DNA from: Azolla caroliniana | Taxonomy: Eukaryota > Plantae > Polypodiophyta | DNA: 64,000 bases | NCBI GenBank assembly: GCA_043228905.1 | Contig: JBHGNT010000012.1 | Span: forward strand, 18,042,001-18,106,000 | Direction of reading: 5' to 3' | Shown: positions 12,613-23,821 of the stretch, piece after piece | How positions within the stretch are numbered: the first letter of the stretch is position 1 | How the letters are laid out: the number at the start of each line of letters is the position of its first letter | The notes under the pieces: generated by a model | Told to the model about the DNA's origin: nothing | The model's database searches: none | What the model saw: only the letters and a program-made list of their open reading frames with translations | Made by a program: the position numbers and the translations under genes

Positions 12613-12969
12613 AACCTCATCATCTCCATTAATGGTAGAGCAACAATCTCATAGGTACAACAAGACATATGTGAGTTGGAATACTTACTATTGCGGTTAA
12701 TTTTGGCCGCTACTTTCTGTAGATGTCACATTGTCTCTGTTGCCTAGGTGTTAGAGGAAACTCTTGTCGACTTGATCCTTTGGGTCTACTAAGATTCTAC
12801 TATTGGTGCTTGCCTACTACACTTCCAGCCCTAAACGGGTGGCTCTTGAAGGAGAGAAGCATCAAGGAGAGAAGGTACAAAGAAGCGAGAATAGAATTGA
12901 TATTTACAAGATTGGTTCTAATTCATCATTTTCTTGGAAAGTATTTAACAAGCAAGATCCACATCATCT

Positions 12970-14500
12970 ACTAACAACAAGATTGAAAAACGATTTCAAA
13001 ATCCCCGCAGACTCATGCGCTAAGATCTTATTTGAATCCGAGGGGGTTGGGTCGGTGTTCCGTTCCGAATGGGAAGCGTTTTACGAATTTTCTTCATTCC
13101 CGTTCTATATAAATAAAAACTTGTCTCGTTATGGTACATCCGGGTTAGATTACCATCGTTCTTGAGCGAGACATTTCTGACACATTGAATGGGGTGAATT
13201 TTGTCACCCCTAGTTTCAACATAGCTAGGTCGATTGGGATTTTGCAACTCTCAAAACCAATCTTCGTGAGACATCATGTGATTGGATGCTCTAGAGTCGA
13301 CAAACCATATATTGTTTGAACCAAAGGTGCTGGTCGGACTTTGCGTTGACATTGAGTGTGCTTTATGCCTCATTACAAATAGTCCGCCATGGTCTTCATA
13401 GTCGGAATTCATGGCATAGTTCGTGAGTTGTTGGCTGGTCGAATCCGACTCTCGTTTCTTCTTTTGGCACTCCTCTTCGTAGTGGCCGAGGTTTCCATAG
13501 TACCCGCATTCGATTGGACTGTTTTGGTGACTTGGTTCGGCAAGATGACTCCCCCTTCTGTCGAACTCCCTTTGTGTGTTTCTGGTCTCTCGCCAATGAT
13601 GGGAGTTGTGTTCTCGGGTCGACTGACCATGTATGCATCTTCTGAATCAACCTCTGTTGCCTCGACCAATCCTCTTCCCTTATCCGACTGGGAGTAGAGC
13701 ATTTGACCATCTGACGCATTGCTCCTTGATCAGACGTGATTTTCTTCGACCAACAATATCGACTAAAGGTCGAAAAATGAGGGAGAATTCTCCCTTGCAA
13801 GGATGGCCAATCTAATTGCGTTGAATCATGGTGCTAAACCACCGAGACTTATCTGGACCATTTCATCATCATTGATGATGACGTTGATCGATCCGAGGGT
13901 GTCACACAACTCCTTGATCTTCAAGGTAGAGTTAGTGATCAACATATCCCTTTATTGAATATTGTTTAACTCCTAACGGAGTTGAAGCTTTCATTCAACC
14001 GTGTTGACTGTGAAAATCTTCGTGAGGTTCCCCTAGGCTTCTTTTGATGTTTTTGCCTCTCGAATGTAGCCAACCATGTGATCATGAATGCATGATGCTA
14101 GGTTGTACAACACGTGACTCATTGCTTGCTCCCAACTTGGGTAGTCGGCATGTGCCGAGTTAGGTTCATTTTCTTGAGCTCCTTCGACATAGCTCCAATA
14201 GCCTTGACCGACAAGGTATTGTTGCACCTTGTATTCCCAGGATGCAAGTGCAATTTGTCTAGTTTTTCGGTGGATAGAGCGCTTCCCATATGAGTGTTCA
14301 TTGTGTGGTTTTTCTTCTTTGTCATTGGCCTGGTTGTATTTGATCGTTGGTGAGCAACACAACACAATTGAGCAAATCAGACTACTACACGCTCTAATAC
14401 CATGTAAAGAAATGGAGAGTGTAGGTGTTCTTGTGTAGCGGAAGAAAGACTGTGTGTGTGTAAGTCAAATAGAGAGAAAAAGAGTGACATGAATACATAA
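12970..14500 (-). mobile_element. Truncated Ty1/copia 5' part (LTR remnant from 14403, Met PBS, gag, protease)
   Basis: PBS gctctaatacca at 14391-14402; ASWEYKVQQYLVGQGYWSYVEG gag; VDSRASNHM protease; same family as 61122-62673. Confidence 0.85.
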
Positions 14501-14501
14501 A

Positions 14502-15110
14502 CATCATGGCTTCAACTGGCCTTGAACCCAAGACCTTGTAATACATAATCAAGAACCCAACCATTAAGATAGCCTATGGTCATATGAAATGACAAAAACT
14601 ACTTTTTGTGACTGATTATTGTAAATACTCTAGAACATTCTAGAAGATTCGAGAACATCTTAGAATGTTCTAGGTGTAGAACATTCTAGAACATTATAGA
14701 AATCTCTAGGCTATTCTATAGGAACCTATAAATATAAACATACAATTATTCTCAAACCAATTTGAATCAACACTAGTCTTTAGCTCTCATTGCATATCTT
14801 GTATCCATTCTCTTTCTTTTTCTATCTTAATACACCCATTCTTGTCTTATCATTTTGTCCCTTTTCTTCTCATGTTCTCTTATATCCTTCTTCCATCACT
14901 CTATCTTTTATTCTTGGTTTTGACTATTTGATTCAAATTTTCTCTCCTTTATCCTCCTCTATAAACATCACAAAACCATGGTCGATGTCAACTCAGAAGA
15001 ATATCTCACCCTTCTTGTAGAAATGGAGAATCTTAAAACCAAGTTCGCATCACTTGAATTAGAGAATCAACGTCTTCTTGGAGACCTACAAAAGGTTAAT
15101 GTGTAGAAGT
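14502..15110 (+). mobile_element. Tcn1-like chromovirus 5' LTR and gag start, interrupted by the copia at 15111
   Basis: TCTAGA-rich U3, TATAAATA ~14727, gag start MVDVNSEEYLTLLVEMENLK; gag resumes at ~18553. Confidence 0.6.
14507..14581 (-). other. tRNA-like A/B-box module
   Basis: TATCTTAATGG (A-like) ... GGTTCAAGGCC (B-like) at tRNA spacing, ending GAAGCCA; stems degenerate. Confidence 0.5.
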
Positions 15111-18100
15111 TGTTAGGAATATGTCCCTCCTATGGGTGCAATCGATTGATCGTGCCGAGTGTCAACAATTGAAGACATGGAGAGTCGAATGGGGGAGTCG
15201 ACAACGGGAAAGTCCAAGTCGAAGACACGACCGACTAGTTGGGCCGTTTGGACAGTCGACACTGAAGTCGACTAGTCGAATCCCGTTGGCTGAATAACTA
15301 TTATTGTTATAATAGGAATGATAGTAGCAATGACTACATTTGTAAATGGCCCATACACTGTATAAGTATAAATACACTTAGGGAAAACATAGAGTTTAAC
15401 AAGGTGGAATAGAATAGATGTGAGTCTTTTGTCGTAGAGTGTGACAGAGAAGAGAGAGCGCGTGAGAGAGAAGGAACGATGCCATAGCTGAGTGAGCTTA
15501 GACGTCAAGTGCCTTGTGAGGTTGTTACACTCTATGGAAGGAGAGTGTTGTAATCTCATCGTCTTGTATATCCACTATATAGTGAAGATATTTCTCCCGT
15601 GGTTTTCCCCGTTTAGGGTTTGCACGTAAATCTGTGTTTTCTGTGCTTTTGTTGTTTTTCTGTCTTTCTCACGAATATAAGGGAACGAAACTCTACAAAC
15701 TAGTATCAGAGCAGGGTTGAAGATGGAAGGTGTGAGTGGCTTCCCAGACATGATGGTTCTAAACTCTCAAAACTATGTAGATTGGAAGATAAAGATGGAG
15801 GACCTTCTCATAGTCAAAGATCTGTACGAGCCAATTGATAGAGCAGAAATACCCATGGGGTTATTAGAGTCGGAATGGAAACTTCTTAATAGGAAGGCAA
15901 TGGCCACCATTCGACAATGCATCGATGTAAGTGTCCTGCAACATGTTGCAAACGACAAAAATGCCTACGAGATGTGGCAGAAGCTATCATGTCTATATGA
16001 GAGGAAGAACGCCCTCAACAAAAACATCCTTGATGAGAAAGATTGTGAGGCTGAAAGCATAGTCGAGCACGTAAGCACATTCATGGGGTTTGTGAACCAA
16101 CTTGTGGTAACTAAGTTTCCCCTTGAAGATGAAGTGCAGGCCATCTTGCTATTGTGTACCTTGCTAGACAGCTGGGAGAACTTGGTGGTGACTCTTAGCA
16201 CCTCGTGTCAAGAAGAAAACTTGTCTCTACAAGTGGTAAAGATAAGCATCTTGAATGAGGAGACAAGAAGAAGGAAGGACAAGAGTGTCTTGTCCCAGTC
16301 GGAGTCAAACCTGACTCAACACACCCGAAGAGGAAGGAACTAGCAAAAGAGTCCACCAAGGAGAGAAAAGTCTCATGCCAGATCCAAGGCCAGAGGTAAG
16401 CTAACATGCTTCTATTGTAGAAAGCTTGGACACTTCTAAAAGGACCGTCGACACCTCAAGGACAAGATTGTTGGCAATAATGTCGAACCCATGAAGATTC
16501 CTGATGAAAAGGGCACATCCGCTGTAGCTATGAGTGCAAAGGAGATTATGTTCATTTGTGAGCAGGCAAGCACAAATCTTGCAAGCGAAGAGTGTACCTG
16601 GGTAATCGACTTGGGTGCATCATTCCACATAACTCCGTTGAGAGACTGTTTTTCGACTTACGTAGCTGAGGATCATGGCTATGTAAAGATAGGAGATCAA
16701 GGAGAATGCAAGATAGTCGACATTGGAAGCGTGTGCCTGATGACGTCGATTGGTTGTCGACTGATGATGAGGGAAATTCGACATGTCCTCGATATCAGAT
16801 TGAATTTGATATCGACTAGAAGGTTGGATGACAAAGGCTACAGTGGTAGTTTCTTGAATGGTAAGTGAAAGTTCTGTTGTGGAAATCTCATAGTGGCCAG
16901 AGCACAGAAAGAGGGCACACTGTATATGATGCATGCTCGATTGTGCAAGTTGGAAGAAAATGTGGCAGCCGACTTGAGTGGAGAGTTATGGCATAAGAGG
17001 CTTGAGCACATGGGTCAAAAAGGAATGCTCATCCTAGCCGATCAGGAACTTCTCCTAAAGTGAAAGGAGTACTCTTGGAGAAGTGTGTCAATTGCCTAGT
17101 TAGGAAGCAGAACAAGACAACATCCCACACAAGACTACCAAGAAGAAGAGAAGTTGCACTGGAGCTAGTGCACACAGATGTGTGCTATGTAGATGCTCCA
17201 ATGCATCGAGGTGGACAATACTTCGTAACATTTATCGATGACTATAGTCGGAAGACATGGGCCTTTGTATTGAAGTCAAAGGACCAAGTATTGTCAATGT
17301 TCAAGGAGTTCTAGGCAAGAACTGAATGAGAGTTGTTCGAATAGACAATGGTGGCGAATAAGGGAAGTTTGAGGAATACTACAAGGCCCTGGGTATTAGA
17401 ATCGAATACAATGTACCAAAGACCCATGAGTTGAATGGGCTTGCAGAGAGGATGAATCGAACAATCATGGAGAGAGTAAGGAGCAAGCTCTCTCATGCTA
17501 AACTGCCAAAATCATATTCGGCTAAGGTGATGTACACGATTGTTTATCTTATCAATAGGTCTCCCTTAGCACCATTTAAAGGTGATGTCCCACAAGCGGT
17601 GTGGACGGGAAAGAATGTCTCCTACCGATACCTAAGGGTGTTCGAATGCTTAGTGTATATGCATGTGGCTAAGGATAAGAGGTCGAAACTTGACAGCAAG
17701 TCAAAACCATGCATCTTCATGGGATACTCGGGAGGACAAGTTTGGATACAGACAATGGGACTTAGTCGATAAGAAAGTAGTGAGGAGTCAGGACGTGGTC
17801 TTATTAGAAGACAAGATGATTGAGGACTGGAAGCAACGAAAGTCGGAATGAACTTCCCATTACCACTGACTTAAGGCAAGGCGAACCGACACAGTCGGCA
17901 CAACCGAATCTGAGTTGGTCGACTCGGAGCAACCAAAAAATACAGATGAGTCGAAATCGACGGACCTATTAAAGTTGATTGAGGACTACAAGTCAGAATC
18001 GGCTAAACCCCAATGATCGATCGACACATACGAACCCGAGCCGAGAGAAGAGTCGACAGAGACATCCGAACTGGTGCCGAAACGAGTGGAAGAAGATACC

Positions 18101-18552
18101 CACTCAGAGAAAGGAGAGCACCGATGACATATGCCTGTCAATACATCCTCTTGATTGATGAAGGTGAGCTGGAGTGCTATGGAGAAGCCTTAGCTAATGA
18201 GCACAAGGAGAAATGGTTGAGTGCAATGCAACATGCGATGGACTCCTTGCATGAGAAGTACACCTATGACCTGGTAGAACTACCAAAAGGTAAGAGAGCA
18301 CTCAGAAACAAATGGGTCTACAAGGTGAAGACTAGAGAAGTCGGTAGCACACCTAGGTACAAAGCCCACATTGTGGTGAAGGGGTTTCAACATAAATTGA
18401 CTTCGACGAAATATTCGCACCAGTCGTGAAGATGACATCCATATGAAGAGATCTACATGTAGCAGCTTGAAGGCTTTGTGGAGAAAGGGAAAGAGAACTT
18501 GGTGTGTCGACTGAAGAAAATCTTCTATGGGTTGAAACAAGCTCCATGCCAA
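15111..18552 (+). mobile_element. Decayed Tork/Tto1-like Ty1/copia (5' LTR 15111-15697, PBS, gag-PR-INT-partial RT)
   Basis: TGTTAG...TACA LTR; tagtatcagagc PBS at 15701; MEDLLIVKDLYEPI, WVIDLGAS, LELVHTDV, NGLAERMNRT; many stops; older relative of 45723-49571. Confidence 0.93.
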
Positions 18553-18970
18553 TGAGGTCAAAGGTCAAGGAATTATCATTGAGCCCAAAATCAGCCTCTC
18601 ATCTAAATTTGATGGTTCGAGGGCGCATTTTCGAGGTTTCTTGCATCAAGTACGGTTGGTAATCAAATGCATCCCACATGTTATTCGACAGATGCATCAT
18701 GAATTGGGTTAGTGGGCACCTTATTGACTGGCATAATGTTGTCGTGGTTTTCTCCATTACTAGAGACATTCTCCTCTACTGCATAATTTCGAGGAATTTA
18801 TCAAAGAATTTAAGGCTTGCTTTTGAGATATAGATGGGGCAAGAACAACAATCAACAAAATTTGTACACTATCTCAAGGTGATCAACCAACATCAAGATA
18901 TGCTGCCAATTTTTATCTCATCGTAAGCGATATTCTTTGGGATGAACAAGCCCTAATCGAGCAATTTTTA
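18553..18970 (+). mobile_element. Chromovirus gag remnant (continuation of the 14502 element)
   Basis: IEPKISLSSKFDGSRAHFRGFL matches IEPKISLLAKFDGTRKHF in the 28668-33945 element. Confidence 0.8.
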
Positions 18971-19074
18971 TAAGAAAACGTTTGTTTATTGCATAAGAAA
19001 ATAGATTCTTTTATAATTCAACAATCTTGTTACAAAGGGTTGGAGATGAAAATGAGAGATAAATTTTTTTAAAG

Positions 19075-20080
19075 AAAGGAGCCAACAACCATATAAGAAG
19101 TGGTCCAATATGAATATGAGAGATTATTCTTGAAAGGAAGGAGCCAATAACCATGTAAGGAGTGGTCCGATATCAATATGAGAGAGATTTCTTCCCCCAA
19201 GGAATGAGAGAGAGAAGAAGAACGGAAAAAAAAAGTAGAGGGAAAAAATGGAACATATATCGAGCTCTTTGTTGATCCTCCTTCCCAATGTTACTTTGCA
19301 TGTCCACTTTTAGTTGCATGGCCTCTACTTTTAGTTGCATGCTTCCATTTTTCGTTGCATGCCTTTTACTTTTAGTTGCATGGCCTTGGCTTTTAGTTGC
19401 ATGCGATCGTCCGTATAATTCGACCAAATGACCCAATCATCCATAAAGTTTAGCTTGTGTGCAATTCGCATATGCGTTGCAACCAAACCATAGACGCGTC
19501 CGCGCGCAAAAGTCTCGGCCGCGCCATCGTAGTGTAATTCGCACACTACGTGAAAATTGCAATTTTGTCCCTTCGGATGGGACAAGGAGGAATCGGCAAG
19601 GAGGAACCGGTAAGGAGAACCGGTGAGAACCGGATGAAGGAGGGATCGACAAGGAGGAATCGATAAGGAGACCCGGTAAGAACCGGATCAAGCAGAACCG
19701 ACAAGAGCCGAATAAAGAAGGCCGGTGAGAGACTCTCACCGGATGAAGAGGCAAATTTGTAAATAGAAAAAAAATTGTTACATGCATAGGGCAAGATTCG
19801 AACCCAATAAACCACGTAGAGAAACCCTAACCTTACCATTGTACTAACTTATCTTAAGTGTTCTAAATATAGATTTAATAGATATAAGACCTTGATTTAC
19901 GCCTACCTTTATTAAAAGGCAAGTCATGCATTTTTAGAATGCGTGAATACTTTATTTATAAGAAAAATGTACACCAACAAAAATTACTCGTGCACATCTA
20001 GTGAGCATGAGCACTATATTTAGGAAATAAAAGCATAGTGTAAAAAGCAACTCGTGCACATTTAGTGTGCATGAACACTT
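19075..20080. repeat. Composite short tandem repeat region (~61-bp x2, 21-bp TAGTTGCAT x5, AAGGAGAACCGGT-like array, CTCGTGCACA x2)
   Basis: Directly visible repeats; no coding similarity recognised. Confidence 0.75.
19783..19852 (-). other. tRNA-like A/B-box module
   Basis: TAGTACAATGG (A box) and GGTTCGAATC (B box) at tRNA spacing; stems degenerate. Confidence 0.55.
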
Positions 20081-21540
20081 TAGAAAAGGCATGAAGCTAT
20101 GCTTAGCCTCTTTCATCCTTATATAAGAAGTAGAGAAAGATGTATGGTGTTGTTGATTATTTTACAAGGATTGATCAATCTACTATATTTCTGGGATTCA
20201 CGAGTTTATCATCAAAATTCTCTTTTTTACAATCTAAATATTGATTAAATACACTAAACACGTTGTCGTGAAGATTCCAGGCCATAGGTAGAAACAAGGT
20301 GAAACGCACAGGAACACCGGTTTACGCGAGTGCACGCCTCGAGAGAATTAAATAAGGGAAAGTATATGGCATGAGTATACGGAAGGGCACTAGGTAGTTA
20401 GAGCATTAAAGAAGAAATAGACCATCGCATATGTAGGGAGAGTTACGAGGGGAGTGAATCATGGGAAAGAATCTTGGAAGGGAAAGCGACGGGTCATGTA
20501 TGCTTGTAACGGTCGCCCCTTGTGTTATAAAAGGGACGACCTTCGACTGTCTTCAGGATTCCATTTTTAAGGAGAGGATATACAGAGAGGAGAGGAAGGA
20601 CAGATTGTTGGAAGGCGCTTCCCCTACACGCATCAGACGCCCGAGTGCTCCCGTCCAGGGGATCGACCTTCAGCGTGCCAACGTACCTTTGTGTCTGGCT
20701 ATTGCCAAGCTCTACGCTCCATCACCGGCTCTGATCCGGTTGTAATCACCCACAACACCGCGCACCTGTGTTGTTTAATAGAAACCTTCTCTGCCTAACA
20801 AACGTTGTTCTCAGTGTCTTGCTCGTGCCTACGTCTATACACGACTCTCTTACCCTCCCTTGTTTGCTAGCCCTACTTGTTTCCCCGTGGTCTCGAGACC
20901 TACGCGATCCTGAAACTCCTCCCTCCTCGTTTTCTCGATTCCTTGGTTCGAGACCCCTGTGGTCTTGCTCGACTTCTACGCATCCGTGAGGATTTCCTTG
21001 ACATTGTGGGATTCACAAGTTTTATTTCTTACTTCTCTTTCTACTTATTCATAACTAGCCTTATATTGTATTTTTCTTTCTCCTAGTCGAAAACCTCAGT
21101 GGTTCACACCCGACTCACGCAACGATCCGAAGCCGAAAGGCATGACAACGTAGAGTATGCATCCACGCACGGGCGCGTCCCCACCGCACCGTGTACGCAT
21201 TCGCACGCTCGTCCATAACGTCCACACGTCCGTGCACGCGTACGTCCGTAACTTGCACACACGCGTACATCCGAATCTGGAGATGAGAGGAAGCGAACTT
21301 GCAGAAGCAATGGCGGTGGCGGTAGATCGCCTGGTTAGTGCTCGTCAGGGCGCGAGTGCCCTCGACCGGGCCATAGAAGCAATGGCCGGCAAGATAGGCC
21401 GGTTCGGCGGAAAGGACGCCACAAGTTACTTAGAGGCCTACAAATCTGAAATGTAGATGAGGAACATACCCGAAGATAGATGGCTAGTGGGGTTTCCCCG
21501 GGTCAACAGCCCCGACAAAGGGTCAAAATGCTTTGGCGCT

Positions 21541-21860
21541 CCTCCAGGAGTTCGAGTCGCGGTTCACGTGACTCTCTAGATTGGACCGAACCATGCTCGA
21601 AACAAGCAAAGTCCTATTTTTCGTGACATCTTTCGACTCGCGCATCCGGGAAAGCGTGGGTCTTCTTCTGGAAACCAACTGAGGTCTCACGACTGACTGG
21701 CCTCCAGGAGTTTGAGTCGCGGTTCACGTGACTCTCTAGATTGGACCGAACCATGCTCGAAACAAGCAAAGTCCTATTTTTCGTGACATCTTTCGACTCG
21801 CGCATCCGGGAAAGCGTGGGTCTTCTTCTGGAAACCAACTGAGGTCTCACGACTGACTGG
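21541..21860. repeat. Near-perfect 160-bp tandem duplication in gag
   Basis: 21541-21700 matches 21701-21860 with about one mismatch. Confidence 0.93.
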
Positions 21861-23376
21861 GCGACCGTCAAAGAAGTATGCAACAGGATTGACAAACGCT
21901 GAGACTGGAAAGAAAAGGGATCCTCGACGAACATAATCGCGGGACCTGCAGGCGGCGCAGGGCTAGAAGAACTAACAAGGATGGTACGCGACCTCCAGAT
22001 CGCCGAAGCCCACCGAAGCGATGAGGGTCAGCCGTGCGACCGGTGACCGCCGACAAATCAGAGGTGCGTATGGTGCGATGCCACTGGGCATACCCGGAGA
22101 GAATGCGCTGACTTCGGAGAAGCACTCAGGAGTAATGTAGTCTACCTTTCGAACGACTGAGTACATGCAAGCGACACATGAAGACTGCTCGACATGAATT
22201 TCAGACGAGGTGGCATGAAGAGGCTAATGGAAGAGGCTGCGGCCCGACACGTTGAAGCCATCCACTATTCGGCTTAGGCTGGCATCCGAGTAGGGGAAAA
22301 GGGTGCCAAACCCGATTCAAACCCTGGGTTTTGGCCGGCTATTCTCGAGACCTTGACTGGAGGAAGGTTGCAGAAGGGGGAAGCGGAGCGTGTAGAAGAA
22401 TGTGTGCGTGAAGTTACCGGGTGGAGCGACCCCGTTGAAGAAAGCACCAGCTTTGTGGAAGCCGTGTGCAGGAACTACGAGGCCTTGATCGACGAAAGAC
22501 GAGAGGGGAAAATATAGGGAGCAGGCCCTTCGGGGAGGTATGACACCCGAAGCATGCCCAAGAAGAACGATGCTGCTCCGACCGGGTCCCAGGAGAAGGA
22601 GAAGTGCAGGATTCCAAACTTCCGCGTAAGCTCAGAAATCGAGAAAACAATGAACCTACAAAAGGTTCTAGAGGAGCGAGTTCTCGACAATCGGATAGAA
22701 CTCACGCTTAGGGAAGTGCTCGGTATAGCAAGAAGGGAGTTCCACGACAACATCGTGGACCTCGTGAAGAGAAAGCGTCTCGCGACGGAACTCGAACCCG
22801 AGAAGCCAGTTGAGGTGAGGGCGGCACTCCTCGACGAGATTGCCACAGAAGACAAGCTTGCGGAGAGCCACTATGCCAAGCCACACTGGGCAAGAGCTAC
22901 TACAGAAACCCCGGTTCGAATCGGGAATGTCAAGGAACCAGTGGTGGCATTAATCAACCATGGGTCGGAAATCAACCTAATGTCCATGGACTTCTACAAA
23001 AAGGTAAATTGGCCGATCAACACCAAACACGGGTAGAAGATACACACGGCAACAAGAGCCATGGAAGAGCTGCATGGGGCCTGCCTGAATGTAAGGGTGA
23101 GCGTCGGAGACGTCGACATAAACCAACACTTTTTTGTGCAAGAAACGTCCTCCCACCCGGTCATCCTCGGGGAACCCTACATCACTGCGGCTAGAATGGA
23201 GACGAAAGTGATGGACAACGGTTGAGCCTATGCGAGGGTAAAAAGTCAAGACGGTCGTCACTCCGTCCAATTTTTGACCGTTCGAAAGAACCACGAACGA
23301 AACCGGGACACCCTCGGAAATGATGAAAAGCCGGATTTTTAGATAGGGCCATCAAGGCGTGGGGCCACAATAGTCC

Positions 23377-23821
23377 TGTTGAGATATCAAGCTCAACTAG
23401 TTTAATGTAGTTGGTCAACACATGTAACTTAGTAGTTACCTAGATCGAATCTAGTTAATGTGTTGACCTTAAGCCTTTAAATAGGACCTTGTACTTAAGT
23501 GGGATATTCTAGATCCTCCACTCCTTAGTACATTTAATGTAGGGCTTACACATAAGTACCTATGTTCTACCCACACATGTGCACCTTTGCACATGGGTTG
23601 TATATATACCTCATTGTGGGTATTTTTGTATGTTGATGACACTTTTCAATATAGTCAATCATCCCCCATTTATCTTTGTGTTCAACTGTAACTTCCTCTC
23701 TCTCTCTCTCTCTCTTCCTCTCACACACTCTCACGTGCATATCATACTAATCTTCCGTTGCTTAACGTAACCATATAATTAGTCTCTAATTAACCCTAGT
23801 TAATTACTTAATTACTTAACA
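23377..23821 (+). mobile_element. Copia solo LTR with TSD AGTCC
   Basis: TGTTGA...TTAACA flanked by AGTCC (23372-76 and 23822-26); homologous in reverse complement to LTR 62215-62673. Confidence 0.93.
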
